Positions 37,017 to 47,235 of a DNA stretch of 64,000 nt are shown here, piece after piece. A program made the position numbers and the translations under genes. The stretch comes from Candidatus Kuenenia stuttgartensis. GTDB taxonomy: Bacteria > Planctomycetota > Planctomycetia > Planctomycetales > Planctomycetaceae. The notes beneath the pieces are model-generated. The model was given only the letters and a program-made list of their open reading frames with translations. It had not been told where the DNA came from and searched no databases. The stretch spans positions 1 through 64,000 of the forward strand of contig CAMDPK010000005.1 of the NCBI GenBank assembly GCA_945904015.1, given 5' to 3'. Each line of letters starts with the position of its first letter. Within the stretch, counting starts at the first letter, position 1.

Positions 37017-40000
37017 ATGTCACCATCGCCCCGCCGCCTGTTATCCATCGTGATATTGGCCGCACTTCTCTCGCCACTGGCGGCTGAGGGGGGCGATTGG
37101 CCGATCTGGCGCTACGACGCACAGCGCAGCGCGGCTTCGCCCGATGAGCTTCCGGCGCGATTGAGTCTGCAATGGGTGCGTCAGTTGCCGCGCTTGCAGC
37201 CCGCTTGGCCCGATCAGCCCAAGATGCAGTTCGATGCGGCTTATGAGCCGATCGTCGCGGGACAACGGTTGTTCGTTGGCTCGTCGCAGGACGGCAGCGT
37301 CGCCGCCTACGATACGCAGACCGGATCAGAGGCTTGGCGGTTCTTCACCGACGGGCCGGTTCGATTCGCGCCGCTGGCTTGGCAGGAGCGACTCTATTTC
37401 GCTTCTGACGACGGCTACCTGTATTGCTTGCGAGCGCACGACGGTTCGATCGTGTGGCGATTCCGAGGCGGCCCTTCGGATCGGAAGGTTCTGGGGAACG
37501 AGCGGCTCATTTCGACGTGGCCCGCGCGAGGCGCGCCGCTCCTGACCGACGGGAAGATTTATTTCGCGGCTGGCATCTGGCCGTTCATGGGGATCTTCCT
37601 GCACGCGCTCGACGCCACGACGGGGCAAGTACTGTGGACCAACGACGGCGACGGCTCGCTCTACATCAAGCAGCCGCACAACAGCGATTCGTTTGCGGGA
37701 GTCGCACCGCAAGGGCCGCTGGTGGCGATTGGTGGCAAGTTGCTGATCCCTGGCGGCCGTTCGGTCCCGGCCTGCTACGACCGCGCGACCGGGCAGATGA
37801 TTTATTATCAACTCGCCGAGAACGGCAAACGTGGCGGCGGTTCGAGCGTCGCGGCCGTCGATCAATTGCTCTTCAACGGCGGCGCGGCGTTTGATTTGGA
37901 AACGGAGAAGTACCTCGGCGCGATCGGTGAGTTACTGACGTTCGCCGACGGACGGCTCTACGACTACCGCGATCGCACGCTGCACACACAAGAATTGGCG
38001 ACCTCGCAGGTCAAGCTCGCGGACAGCATTGACCGCAAAGGAGTGGTGACGAAAGTCGCCAAGTGGACGATGCGCGAGCTGGGCAAAGTCGAGACTCCAA
38101 AATTGACCGCGCTCATCAAAGCTGGCTCGCGACTGTACGCCGGTTCGGCCGGCCGAGTGTTGTCAGTCAATCTGCCGCTGCCGGAAAAAGGGAAGCCAGT
38201 CATTGCTTGGGAAACGACGGTCGAAGGAACTCCCACCGGTATGATCGCGGCGGATGACAAGCTGTTCGTCGTCACGCTGGAAGGCCAACTGCATTGCTTT
38301 GGCGACACGAGGGACGCTCCCGCGTCACCGCGTCGGCATGACCTCGCGACGCAGCCGCTCGTTGCAGACACCGCTTGGTCGGACAAGGCCGCAGCGCTTC
38401 TCAAGGCCACGCGAGTCGAGCAGGGTTATTGCTTGGCTTGGGGTGTCGGGTCCGGTGGGCTGGTGCGCGAACTTGCCAGGCAAACGGAGTTGCGAATCAT
38501 CGTCATCGAACCAGATTCCGCGAAAGCCAATGCGTTTCGCGAACGAATGCAAAGCAACGGCCTGAGCGAGAGAGTTTCCGTGATCGTCGCCGATCCGCAA
38601 ACGATTTCTCTGCCCCCGTATCTGGCCAGCTTGATCGTCGCGGAATCGCTGCCGCCATTGGCCGACGAAGATCGCGCGAAGTTCCTGAACCAGACGTTTG
38701 ACGCACTGCGGCCGTATGGCGGTGTCGCGTGTTTGCCAATCCCGGCCGAGGAGCGTGCGGCGTACACAATTCCATTTGGCGAGCCGGAGGGCGTCAGCCC
38801 CCGGACGACGTCGCTCAGTCCGGGGGCTGACGCCCTCCGGCTCACCGGTGCCGTTTGGAGGCATGACGGTGAATGGACGCTGCTGATCCGCGATGGAGCC
38901 TTGCCGGACAGTGCCAATTGGACTCACGAACACGCCGACGCCGCCAACACGCGCGTCTCGAAAGACAAGCGAGTGAAAGCGCCGCTCGGCCTGTTGTGGT
39001 TCGGCGGATCGTCAAACGATGCGATCCTGCCCCGACACGGACACGGGCCGCAGCCGCAAGTGGTCGACGGCCGGCTGTTCATCGAAGGAGTCGATCTCTT
39101 GCGGGCGATGGATATCTACACGGGTCGCGTGTTGTGGGAATCGCCGCTGCCCGGAGTTGGCGCGCTGTACGACAACACGGCTCATCAACCGGGAGCGAAC
39201 GCCAGCGGCACGAATTACATCGCGACGCCAGAAGGCATCTACGTGGCGCATCGCAATGCCTGCCTGAAACTCGACCCAACCAACGGCAAGAAAATTGCCG
39301 AGTTCACGCTGCCGAACTCTCCCGGAGCCAAGTCAGCTCCGCTGTGGGGCTATCTCAACGTCGATGGCGACCACTTGATCGGTGGGGCCGATCCGGTGTT
39401 CGATCCGACACAGCTCAAGAATTCCAGCAAATCGAAAACTCCCGGCGGCAGCGACGACGATGACGACGCCAAAAAGAAAACGGCGGCGGTCAAATCGGCG
39501 GTGGCCGACGCGACGGCCGCGGTTGAGAAGCTGCTCAAGATCGACAATGACAACTATGTGTCGAGCAACCGGTTGGTCGTCATGAACCGCGCGACGGGCA
39601 ACGTGTTGTGGACCGCAACGGCGCGCAGCAGCTTCCGGCACAACGCGATTTGTCTCGGCGGCGGGCGGATGTACTGCATTGATCGCGCGTCGGGAGCAGA
39701 AGTGTCTCGCTTGAAGCGGCGCGGCGAGACGCCGAAGCATGAGCCGCGTCTTGTGGTCTTTGATCTCAAAACCGGTCAAGAACTCTGGAGCACGGAGAAC
39801 GACGTCTTCGGCACCTGGCTGAGCTACTCGGCCGAGCGTGACGTGTTGGTCGAGGCCGGACGCAACGCCAGCGATACGCTCGGCGACGAGCCGAAAGGGA
39901 TGCGCACGTATCGCGCAACGAGCGGCGACGCGTTGTGGTCCAGCAAGACCTTCACAGGTCCGGCGATGATTCATCACGACACGATTCTGATGGCCGGCAA

Positions 40001-40880
40001 GGCCTGCAACTTGCAGACCGGCACGCCGCGACTGCGCGAGCACCCGCTCAGCGGCGAGCCGGTCGAATGGACGTGGTCACGTAACTACGGCTGCAACACG
40101 CCAATGGCTTCCGAGCATTTGCTGACGTTCCGCTCCGGAGCCGCCGGCTATCTGGATTTCTGCAACGACGGCGGGACCGGAAACTTCGGCGGCTTCCGCT
40201 CCAGTTGCACGAACAACTTGATCGTGGCCGGCGGAGTACTCACCGCACCCGATTACACTCGGACCTGCGTGTGCAACTATCAAAACCAAACGTCGCTGGC
40301 GCTGGTTCACATGCCGGAGGTCGAAACGTGGACCTCGTTCGGTTCGCAAACTCCGAAGCAGCCAGTGCGACGAGTCGGCATCAACCTCGGCGCTCCCGGC
40401 GACCGCAAAGCCGACGATGGCACGCTGTGGCTGGAGTATCCCAGTGTCGGCGGTTCGTCGCCGACGGTCGCAGTCACGATCACTCCGGAGAAACCGGAGT
40501 GGTTCCGTCGTCACAGTTCGCAGATCGAGGGGCCGGGACTGGCTTGGGTCGCAGCTTCAGGAGCGAAGGGCTTGACCTCGCTGAAAGTCAAACTCGGCAC
40601 GTCGGACAAACACCCGCGAATTTACACGGTGCGGTTGCACTTCGCCGAACCGGATGATGTGCAGCCCGGCGAGCGAATCTTCAATGTCAGCCTGCAAGGC
40701 AAGCCGGCATTGATGTCGTTCGACATCGCGAAGGAAGCCGGCGGCCGCAACCGCACGTTGGTCAAACAATTGTCTGGCGTACAAGTCGGTGACGAACTCG
40801 TGGTCGAACTGACTCCGACAACCTCGAAACTTCGTGCCGCCATCCTCAGCGGCGTCGAGATTCAATCGGAAGGCTGGTGA
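37017..40880 (+). CDS. giant secreted protein B: PQQ-like propeller / MTase-like Rossmann domain / second propeller with Cys-His motifs / malectin-like C-terminal domain
   Basis: 1287 aa with a signal peptide. Central GVGSGGL...IVIEPD...VIVADP MTase-like motifs. Conserved NWTHEHADAANT...LLWFGG and ...FCNDGG...RSSCTNN...TRTCVCNYQN in propeller 2. C-terminal RIFNVSLQGK...FDIAKEAGG...VELTP...LSGVEI resembles malectin-type carbohydrate-binding domains. Confidence 0.7.
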   Translation: MSPSPRRLLSIVILAALLSPLAAEGGDWPIWRYDAQRSAASPDELPARLSLQWVRQLPRLQPAWPDQPKMQFDAAYEPIVAGQRLFVGSSQDGSVAAYDTQTGSEAWRFFTDGPVRFAPLAWQERLYFASDDGYLYCLRAHDGSIVWRFRGGPSDRKVLGNERLISTWPARGAPLLTDGKIYFAAGIWPFMGIFLHALDATTGQVLWTNDGDGSLYIKQPHNSDSFAGVAPQGPLVAIGGKLLIPGGRSVPACYDRATGQMIYYQLAENGKRGGGSSVAAVDQLLFNGGAAFDLETEKYLGAIGELLTFADGRLYDYRDRTLHTQELATSQVKLADSIDRKGVVTKVAKWTMRELGKVETPKLTALIKAGSRLYAGSAGRVLSVNLPLPEKGKPVIAWETTVEGTPTGMIAADDKLFVVTLEGQLHCFGDTRDAPASPRRHDLATQPLVADTAWSDKAAALLKATRVEQGYCLAWGVGSGGLVRELARQTELRIIVIEPDSAKANAFRERMQSNGLSERVSVIVADPQTISLPPYLASLIVAESLPPLADEDRAKFLNQTFDALRPYGGVACLPIPAEERAAYTIPFGEPEGVSPRTTSLSPGADALRLTGAVWRHDGEWTLLIRDGALPDSANWTHEHADAANTRVSKDKRVKAPLGLLWFGGSSNDAILPRHGHGPQPQVVDGRLFIEGVDLLRAMDIYTGRVLWESPLPGVGALYDNTAHQPGANASGTNYIATPEGIYVAHRNACLKLDPTNGKKIAEFTLPNSPGAKSAPLWGYLNVDGDHLIGGADPVFDPTQLKNSSKSKTPGGSDDDDDAKKKTAAVKSAVADATAAVEKLLKIDNDNYVSSNRLVVMNRATGNVLWTATARSSFRHNAICLGGGRMYCIDRASGAEVSRLKRRGETPKHEPRLVVFDLKTGQELWSTENDVFGTWLSYSAERDVLVEAGRNASDTLGDEPKGMRTYRATSGDALWSSKTFTGPAMIHHDTILMAGKACNLQTGTPRLREHPLSGEPVEWTWSRNYGCNTPMASEHLLTFRSGAAGYLDFCNDGGTGNFGGFRSSCTNNLIVAGGVLTAPDYTRTCVCNYQNQTSLALVHMPEVETWTSFGSQTPKQPVRRVGINLGAPGDRKADDGTLWLEYPSVGGSSPTVAVTITPEKPEWFRRHSSQIEGPGLAWVAASGAKGLTSLKVKLGTSDKHPRIYTVRLHFAEPDDVQPGERIFNVSLQGKPALMSFDIAKEAGGRNRTLVKQLSGVQVGDELVVELTPTTSKLRAAILSGVEIQSEGW
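38781..38843. repeat. REP-like hairpin (family F5: GAGCCGGAGGGCGTCAGCCCCCGGAC ... GTCCGGGGGCTGACGCCCTCCGGCTC) inserted in-frame inside giant gene B
   Basis: 63 nt, exactly 21 codons (EPEGVSPRTTSLSPGADALRL). The paralogs lack this segment at the aligned position. The same hairpin occurs intergenically at 48133-48203. Confidence 0.6.
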
Positions 40881-40883
40881 ACC

Positions 40884-42146
40884 ATGCGACAACATGCCTC
40901 ATTTCCGGCCGACCGCCGAAAGCCGACAGCAGATCGCCGCGATACCGTATTCTTTCGTTTGATAAAAAACAGTATCTCGGCGATCAGCCATCGGCTTCCG
41001 GACATCGGCCGAGCTGTATTGATCGTGTTGGGATTCGCCGCCGCCGCGCACGCCTGCAACGTGCCGGTCTTCCGCTTCGCGCTGGAGCGTTGGCGTCCCG
41101 ATCCGTATCGCGTGACGCTGTTTCATCGCGGGTCGCTCGCCGAGGCAGAGCGGGCATTGATCGGAACAGTCGAAGATCAATCTGAGAAGTCGTCGATCAA
41201 TCTCGCCGTCCGCACAGTCGATGTAAACAAGCTGAACGAGGCGGAACAGGAACTATTCTCGTCGTTGGGCAAGCCTCAGATTCCGTCACTCGTTGTGCAG
41301 TACCCGGCGCACCTGCGCATCGCTGCGCCGGTTTGGTCGGGATTGCTCGGCAAAGAGTCGATCGCTCGATTGACCGATTCACCAATTCGCAACGCGCTGG
41401 TCCGCCGCCTCGCCGATGGGCAAACCGCCGTCTGGCTGCTGTTGGAAAGCGGGCAAGCCGAGAAGGACGATGCCGCCGCGATGCTCGTGCAGGAGCAATT
41501 GAAGAAGCTCGAACAAGTCTTGAAGTTGCCGGAGCTCACCGATTCGTCCGAGGACAAGCTGCTGTCTGCCACGCCGCTGCAAGTCGCGTTCTCACTGCTG
41601 CGCGTCCCGCGCGGCGATGCCGAGCAACCGCTCATCCAAATGCTGCTGCACAGCGAATCCGATCTGGCCGAGCGATCCGATCCGATGGTCTTCCCGGTCT
41701 TCGGCCGCGGCCGCGCGCTCCTGCCGTTGATCGGCGCGGGAGTCACGGCGGAGAACATTCACGACTCGGCTGCGTTCCTCGTCGGCGCGTGCTCGTGTGA
41801 AGTGAAGGAACAGAACCCCGGCTTCGACCTGCTGCTCGCCGCCGATTGGGACGTGCTGCTGGCTCAGGACGGCGTGCCACTGCTTGCCAGCCAAACTCGG
41901 AACTCAACTCCGACCGGCGAAGCGGAGTTGGTGCCGATCCCCAGCGGATCGGCGAAGGCGATAGAGACGAACGGTCTCCCGCCAGGGGCTCGCAACCACC
42001 CATGGTACGTTCCCGTGTTGGTCATAGCCGGTGTCGCGATCCTCATTGCCGTCGCGGCTCGCCGCACACGAGTCCAGTTGCTCCGCAAAGAGACTGCCGG
42101 TGAGCGACTGGTGCATGACCCTCCCACAACGAACACAGAACGGTAA
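40884..42146 (+). CDS. partner protein B: secreted protein with C-terminal TM anchor, paralog of 31573-32679
   Basis: ATG is 4 nt after the stop of giant B, so likely co-transcribed. Conserved PVFRFALERWRPD, AVWLLL, PVFGRGR and VGACSCEVKEQNPGFDLL. C-terminal TM WYVPVLVIAGVAILIAVAA. Confidence 0.6.
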   Translation: MRQHASFPADRRKPTADRRDTVFFRLIKNSISAISHRLPDIGRAVLIVLGFAAAAHACNVPVFRFALERWRPDPYRVTLFHRGSLAEAERALIGTVEDQSEKSSINLAVRTVDVNKLNEAEQELFSSLGKPQIPSLVVQYPAHLRIAAPVWSGLLGKESIARLTDSPIRNALVRRLADGQTAVWLLLESGQAEKDDAAAMLVQEQLKKLEQVLKLPELTDSSEDKLLSATPLQVAFSLLRVPRGDAEQPLIQMLLHSESDLAERSDPMVFPVFGRGRALLPLIGAGVTAENIHDSAAFLVGACSCEVKEQNPGFDLLLAADWDVLLAQDGVPLLASQTRNSTPTGEAELVPIPSGSAKAIETNGLPPGARNHPWYVPVLVIAGVAILIAVAARRTRVQLLRKETAGERLVHDPPTTNTER

Positions 42147-42162
42147 CTCCGCCCGGCTCTTC

Positions 42163-42185
42163 AGTCGCGGTGCGACAGGGCTACT
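42163..42185. repeat. single REP unit of family F1 (CGCGGTGCGACAGGGCTAC)
   Basis: Half of the F1 doublet. It overlaps the stop of giant gene C, between convergent genes. Confidence 0.5.
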
Positions 42186-45100
42186 GATCATTGCTTCCCG
42201 ACAGTGCCATCCACGAGCGGTTCTGATAGCTGCACGCACAACCGGCGGACGCATCGGGGACGAGCACCAATCCTCCGACGGGCAACGCGTTGATCCAGCA
42301 GCCGGGGCGAATGCCGCCGACGTTTTCCACGCCTGAGCCGCGTGTCAGATCGAGATACCCCAACGTCGCCGAGCGAAACAGAAGCATGTGTTTCGAGCCG
42401 GCGAGTTGACCACAGCCGTAAGACCGGTTCAACGTGAAGGGCTGATCCTCGCCGGTCAGAAGGTTCCAGGCTCCCCCTTGAGCGTAGATCGTGCGGTCGT
42501 TGATGAGCGGACGCGTGACGTACTTGGCTTCTTTGTCCCACAGCGATTTGCCGGTGCTGCCGCGAAACACCGCCAGGCGTCCGCCGACTTCCGACGGCAG
42601 TTTGAATCGCGTCGATTGAAAGCCCATCAGCAGCGCATCGTGTTGCGGACTGAAGGCGAGCATCGTGCCGAAGGCATCGCGGTCAGACTTCCAGATTTGT
42701 TTTCCGGTTGCGACATCGAGCGCGATCAACTGTCCCGGTGCATGTTTCACTTTCGTCACGGGGGGCAGCTTCGTGGACTTGTCGGAGCCATCCCATTTGT
42801 CGTCGTCGGACAACGGCCGGTCGATCAAGAACACTCGCCCCGCGCCGATCGCGATCGCGTTGTGACGGATTGAGTGCTCGGCATCGTACCGCCAGCGGAG
42901 TTCGCCGGTCTGAGCGTCGAGCGCAAAGAACGTCGAGGACTCGCCCAGCAGTTCGCTCGTGTCGGCTCGCACGTAGGCGAACCGCACTTGATGTTTCGGA
43001 TTGGCGAGCGAGCCGAACAGCCGTTTGCCATCGCAGGCGATGTATCCCCACGACCCTGCCTTGCCGTCCGGTTGAACCGGCGCGGGGAACTCGCCAAGTT
43101 TGCGGCCGGTGGCGGCATCCAATCGGTAGCAGCGCTGCTTGTCGTGAACGAAGACATTGCCGCTCGCGACGCAAAAGTTGCTGCCGGTCACGGCTGTGCC
43201 TGACAGGTGATCCGCGCTGTACGCTTTCTGAATGTTGGGCAACGGGAACTCCCACAAATTGCGGCCGTTGTAGGCATCGACTGCACGCAGCGCCGCGATT
43301 CCCTCGACGAACATGCGTCCGTCTTGAAACAGCGGAGCATGACCTCGGCCGTGCCGCTGCGGCATTTCCAAATCCACGTCGCGGAACCAGAGCGGGCTCA
43401 ACTGCCCTTTGACGATCTCGTCGGTCGAGCACGAACTGTTGCCGAGGTCCGAATACTGATGCGTCCAACTGCCAGACTTCGCCAACGCCCCACGCGTGAC
43501 GACGCGCATCTCGCCGAGCCGCCCTGAACAGACTTGACCACCAAACGGTCGCAACGGCTTGGGCGGATTTTCCGCAGACACGTCGAGCGGCCCGGCATCG
43601 AGCGACCGTGACGAGATCACCAAGTCGGCGAAATACTTGCCGTAACGAACATGCTCCGCGTCCCCTTGATGGACGGTGATCCGCACGCCGTACAAGCCGA
43701 GCGCACTCAACTTCTTTCGCAGCGACGCGACCGCCTCCGCGTCGGGATGCAGCACATAGATTTGCAGATTCGTCCGCTGAGCCAACGCCACGGCCAACTC
43801 GCCGTCACCACCATCGAGGTCCAAACAAAAACCCTCTTTGACTCCCGTGCGACGGATGATTTCATCAGCCGCTTTTGCGAACCGATCGGCCACGCGCGGT
43901 TGTTCTCGCGGCGGCGCGATCTCAGCCGGTGTCGCGTGTTGCTCGCCGTCAAAACAGAAAATCGAACCGCGATCGGTACTGACGTAAAGCCTGCCATTAG
44001 CCACCGCCAGCCCGTGCGGCACGCCATCAACCGGCGTGGACCAAACCGCTTGATGCGACTTGGCGTCGATGACCGTCACAGTGGTGCCGCCTCCCGCGAT
44101 GATCGAGTCACCCGCGACCATCACCGCCGCACTGCCATCGACTCCGGCCAGAGACCAGACGACTTGATGCTCCTGCGACGTCGTCGGCACGCCCTTGCGA
44201 TCCGGCGCGGTCTTCTCGACCAGCTTCAAAACGCGCACGTCCTTCTTGCCGCCGTACGCGATTCCGTCCGGCATCGCTGCGACCGCACCAAGGCCGAGCT
44301 TCGATTCCAGCGTTCCGGTCGCCAAGTTGAAGGCGACTCCGCCATTGTAGAAGCTCGTGCCTGACACGACCGTCTGCGTTCCGCCGGTGTGGCCGTTCGC
44401 TTGCAAGTGATAGTACAGAAACTTTCCATCGCCTCTCGCGAAGCCGGCCGGCACCGCTCGGCCGGTCGGCACGAGCAACTGATCTTCGGTCGCCACCAAG
44501 TACCCCTGAGCCGATACACCGCTGTTCGCCATCGCTCCGCCATGCGGCTGCGGCATGTAGATGCGGCCCGCCTCATCGTTTCGCCAAACCTCGTCTCCGG
44601 TCTTGGCGTCGATGGCTCGAATGAACACACCCTCGGACTGCCACACGCCCGCCGCGAAATACACAATACCATCACGAATCACCGGCCCACCACGAGCCGG
44701 CCAACGCGAGACCATGCGACCGTTCCCCAAAATCAACTCGTCGCTCTGCCCACCGTGCCATTTCTTTTGCAGCGCTCCATCGGACACGGCCAAGCAGTAC
44801 AGAAATCCGTCGTCGCTGACGACGAACACTCGATCCTTCCACACCGCCGGAGCGAACCGCACCGGAGCGTCCGTGAAGAACGTCCAGCGTTCTTGCCCCG
44901 TCACCGCGTCGAGCGCGACCACTTTGCAATCGGCCGCACTCCCAAAGAACAGCAAACCGCCAGCGACGACGACATCATTGGCTCGATCAAACATCATGCG
45001 ATCATCGCGCGGCCAAGCGGGAGTCGGCGCGTGCATCGGCCGATAAGTCCAAGCGTGCGAGAGCTTCTTCGGCAACGCTTCCGACGTGTAACCACTACGA

Positions 45101-45192
45101 GCCGCGTTGCCACGATACATCGCCCAATCGGCGGCGTGCGCGGCGGAAAGACATCCCAGAGCGAGCAGTAGGCAAGTCGCGATCTTGAGCAT
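42181..45192 (-). CDS. giant secreted protein C: PQQ-like propeller / MTase-like domain / second propeller with Cys-His motifs (no lectin tail)
   Basis: ORF 42181-45222; ATG at 45192 (MLKIATCLLLALGCLSAAHA). MTase-like CLDLDGGDG...YVLHPD...VHQGD. Conserved SWTHQYSDLGN...PLWFRD and GCWINALPVGGLVLVPDASAGCACSYQN. Confidence 0.7.
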   Translation of the reverse strand: MLKIATCLLLALGCLSAAHAADWAMYRGNAARSGYTSEALPKKLSHAWTYRPMHAPTPAWPRDDRMMFDRANDVVVAGGLLFFGSAADCKVVALDAVTGQERWTFFTDAPVRFAPAVWKDRVFVVSDDGFLYCLAVSDGALQKKWHGGQSDELILGNGRMVSRWPARGGPVIRDGIVYFAAGVWQSEGVFIRAIDAKTGDEVWRNDEAGRIYMPQPHGGAMANSGVSAQGYLVATEDQLLVPTGRAVPAGFARGDGKFLYYHLQANGHTGGTQTVVSGTSFYNGGVAFNLATGTLESKLGLGAVAAMPDGIAYGGKKDVRVLKLVEKTAPDRKGVPTTSQEHQVVWSLAGVDGSAAVMVAGDSIIAGGGTTVTVIDAKSHQAVWSTPVDGVPHGLAVANGRLYVSTDRGSIFCFDGEQHATPAEIAPPREQPRVADRFAKAADEIIRRTGVKEGFCLDLDGGDGELAVALAQRTNLQIYVLHPDAEAVASLRKKLSALGLYGVRITVHQGDAEHVRYGKYFADLVISSRSLDAGPLDVSAENPPKPLRPFGGQVCSGRLGEMRVVTRGALAKSGSWTHQYSDLGNSSCSTDEIVKGQLSPLWFRDVDLEMPQRHGRGHAPLFQDGRMFVEGIAALRAVDAYNGRNLWEFPLPNIQKAYSADHLSGTAVTGSNFCVASGNVFVHDKQRCYRLDAATGRKLGEFPAPVQPDGKAGSWGYIACDGKRLFGSLANPKHQVRFAYVRADTSELLGESSTFFALDAQTGELRWRYDAEHSIRHNAIAIGAGRVFLIDRPLSDDDKWDGSDKSTKLPPVTKVKHAPGQLIALDVATGKQIWKSDRDAFGTMLAFSPQHDALLMGFQSTRFKLPSEVGGRLAVFRGSTGKSLWDKEAKYVTRPLINDRTIYAQGGAWNLLTGEDQPFTLNRSYGCGQLAGSKHMLLFRSATLGYLDLTRGSGVENVGGIRPGCWINALPVGGLVLVPDASAGCACSYQNRSWMALSGSNDQ

Positions 45193-45234
45193 GGGAGACA
45201 CCTCTGAAATTAAAAACCCCACCCCACTTGCCGG

Positions 45235-45317
45235 GGTGGCTCGCGGGCTTTTGCACTACATTTTTCTCTGATTGGCGATTGCCTGTTGTTGAGTAGTGCA
45301 AAAGCCTGCGAGCCACC
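45235..45317. repeat. inverted repeat (GGTGGCTCGCGGGCTTTTGCACTAC ... GTAGTGCAAAAGCCTGCGAGCCACC)
   Basis: 25-nt arms with 1 mismatch and a 33-nt spacer, preceded by the small hairpin CCACCCCACTTGCCGGGGTGG. It lies between the moeB-like stop and the start of giant C. Confidence 0.5.
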
Positions 45318-45370
45318 GGGACAAGCCCGGAGGGGTGAAAATGCAGGTGCAGCTTATCCTGCGGATGAAC

Positions 45371-46129
45371 TCACGGCGACAAAGCGCTACAGACTGGACA
45401 ATCGAGTTGCCGAGCAATGGGGACCGTGCGAAACGACATGTCTCGTAAATCGAACGTCAGCAGACGACCGGTCAGCGGTTCTCCGATGCCGGCGATCAGC
45501 TTGATGACCTCCATCGCCGCCAGCGACCCGACAGCCGAAGACACCGCGCTGAAGACCGGGAACTCGCGCTTCCAGTTCGGCGGCGGCTCTGGATACAGAC
45601 AACTCAGGCAGGGCGAACGACCGGGAATGATCGTCGTCAGCCGGCCTTCGAGTTCGTACATCGCCGAATCGACCAGCGGCTTCCGTTGACGGACTGCCTC
45701 GCGATTCATCAGCAAACGCTCGGCAAATAGCGGAGCGGCGCTGACCGCAACATCGCAGCGGCTGACCAACTCGGCGGCGTTCGAGTCGTTGATGTTCTCG
45801 GCGATGGTTTCGATTTCGACATGCGGATTTAGATCGTGCAATCGGCGAGACGCCGATTCGACGCGCGGCTTGCCGATCCAATCGGTCGTCATCAACAACT
45901 GGCGATTGAGGTCATTCAGCCGCACATTGCCGGCATGAGCAAGGATTAGCCGGCCAATCCCCGCAGCCGCGAGCTGCATCGCGGCCGAACCGCCGACTCC
46001 GCCGATGCGCGAGACCAGGACTGTGGCCTGCTTCAAACGGCGTTGGCCTTCTTCGCCGAAGTCGCGCACCCAGAGTTGCCACTCGTAGCGGCTACGTTCG
46101 TCAGGGGTGAGTTCTGGAAGGTGAGACAT
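45371..46129 (-). CDS. ThiF/MoeB-family E1-like adenylyltransferase
   Basis: VLVSRIGGVGGSAAMQLAAAGIGRLILAHAGNVRLNDLNRQ is the Rossmann ATP-binding motif of ThiF/MoeB. C-terminal CxxC pairs (CLSC, CPVC) form the zinc site. Confidence 0.75.
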   Translation of the reverse strand: MSHLPELTPDERSRYEWQLWVRDFGEEGQRRLKQATVLVSRIGGVGGSAAMQLAAAGIGRLILAHAGNVRLNDLNRQLLMTTDWIGKPRVESASRRLHDLNPHVEIETIAENINDSNAAELVSRCDVAVSAAPLFAERLLMNREAVRQRKPLVDSAMYELEGRLTTIIPGRSPCLSCLYPEPPPNWKREFPVFSAVSSAVGSLAAMEVIKLIAGIGEPLTGRLLTFDLRDMSFRTVPIARQLDCPVCSALSP

Positions 46130-46273
46130 TGTGGAGTGCGTTGCTGAAGGAATTCACGAAGCGAAAACTAACCCGAAGCGTCAGCGAGGGCGAGCGCTTC
46201 ACGGAGACTCGATGACAAATTCATTGTCACTTGGAGCGTCCGCCCTCGCTGACGCTTCGGGTTACAAATCATC

Positions 46274-46555
46274 TCAACCGCCGGCGATCGGCGGCAACAA
46301 GGTCACGACGTCATTCGTGTGCAGTACGGTGGTCGCCGCGTCGCGGGCTGACACGGCGGAATCATTCACGACGATGAGCAAACTCGGACGTGCTTGTCTG
46401 GCTTCCGTCACGAAGTGCGAACTCGCCGCGCCATACGTTGTCGCCAACTGGTTGAGCAAATCGGCCAAGCTGCCTCCCTCCGACAATTCCATCTCTTCCT
46501 CGGCGCGCCCCACGACCGCGCGAAGTTGTGCCATGTATTGCACCCGCAACTTCAT
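46274..46555 (-). CDS. MoaD/ThiS-family ubiquitin-like sulfur-carrier protein (ends in Gly-Gly)
   Basis: 93 aa from MKLRVQYMAQL..., ending ...VVTLLPPIAGG. Lies 140 nt upstream of the E1-like gene. Confidence 0.6.
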   Translation of the reverse strand: MKLRVQYMAQLRAVVGRAEEEMELSEGGSLADLLNQLATTYGAASSHFVTEARQARPSLLIVVNDSAVSARDAATTVLHTNDVVTLLPPIAGG

Positions 46556-47235
46556 GATTCCGTGCTCCCGGCCAGCGGCGTGTTCAGGCTCGCGAGCGGT
46601 TGCTCGCACAGTTGGCCGGACTCCAAAACGAACAACTTCTCGGCCAGAGCACGAGCCTCGACTCGGCTGTGCGTGATGTGCAGTGTCGTCAAGCCGCTTT
46701 GCTTTTGCACCGAACGGAGTAACTCGCAGAGCCGGTCGCGAGTCGCTTCGTCCAGCGCGTTCAACGGCTCGTCGAGCAGCAGGACTCGCGGCCGGAACGA
46801 CAACGCTCGGCCGAGTGCGACTCGCTGGGCTTCGCCGCCGCTGAGGTTTGTGACTCGGCGAGTCAGCAGCGACTCGATTCCCAGGACATGAGCCAGTTCG
46901 GCAACTCGGTCACGCATCAGAATCTTCGAGCAGTGACGGACTCGCAATGCGAATTCCAGATGTCCGCGCACCGTCATCATCGGGAACAGGGCAAGGTCTT
47001 GCGGCACATAGCCGACGCCTCGGTCGCCCGGTTTCCAGCGCGTGATGTCGCTGCCGTTCAAAAGAACTCGGCCGCTGGTCACGGTGCGTAGTCCGCAGAT
47101 TGCTTCGAGGATGGTTGTCTTGCCTTGGCCTGTGCCGCCCATCAGCACCGCGTATGTGCCTTCGGGAATCGACAAGCCGACGTTCGTCAGCGAGAACGGG
47201 CCGGAGCGGATCGTGATGTCGCGTAGTTCGATCAT
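46552..47235 (-). CDS. modC: ABC transporter ATP-binding protein (molybdate/tungstate ModC-like)
   Basis: Walker A GGTGQGKTT, signature LSGGEAQRV, Walker B LLLDEP. 227 aa, short like ModC. The ModC identity is inferred from the neighbouring genes. Confidence 0.65.
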   Translation of the reverse strand: MIELRDITIRSGPFSLTNVGLSIPEGTYAVLMGGTGQGKTTILEAICGLRTVTSGRVLLNGSDITRWKPGDRGVGYVPQDLALFPMMTVRGHLEFALRVRHCSKILMRDRVAELAHVLGIESLLTRRVTNLSGGEAQRVALGRALSFRPRVLLLDEPLNALDEATRDRLCELLRSVQKQSGLTTLHITHSRVEARALAEKLFVLESGQLCEQPLASLNTPLAGSTES

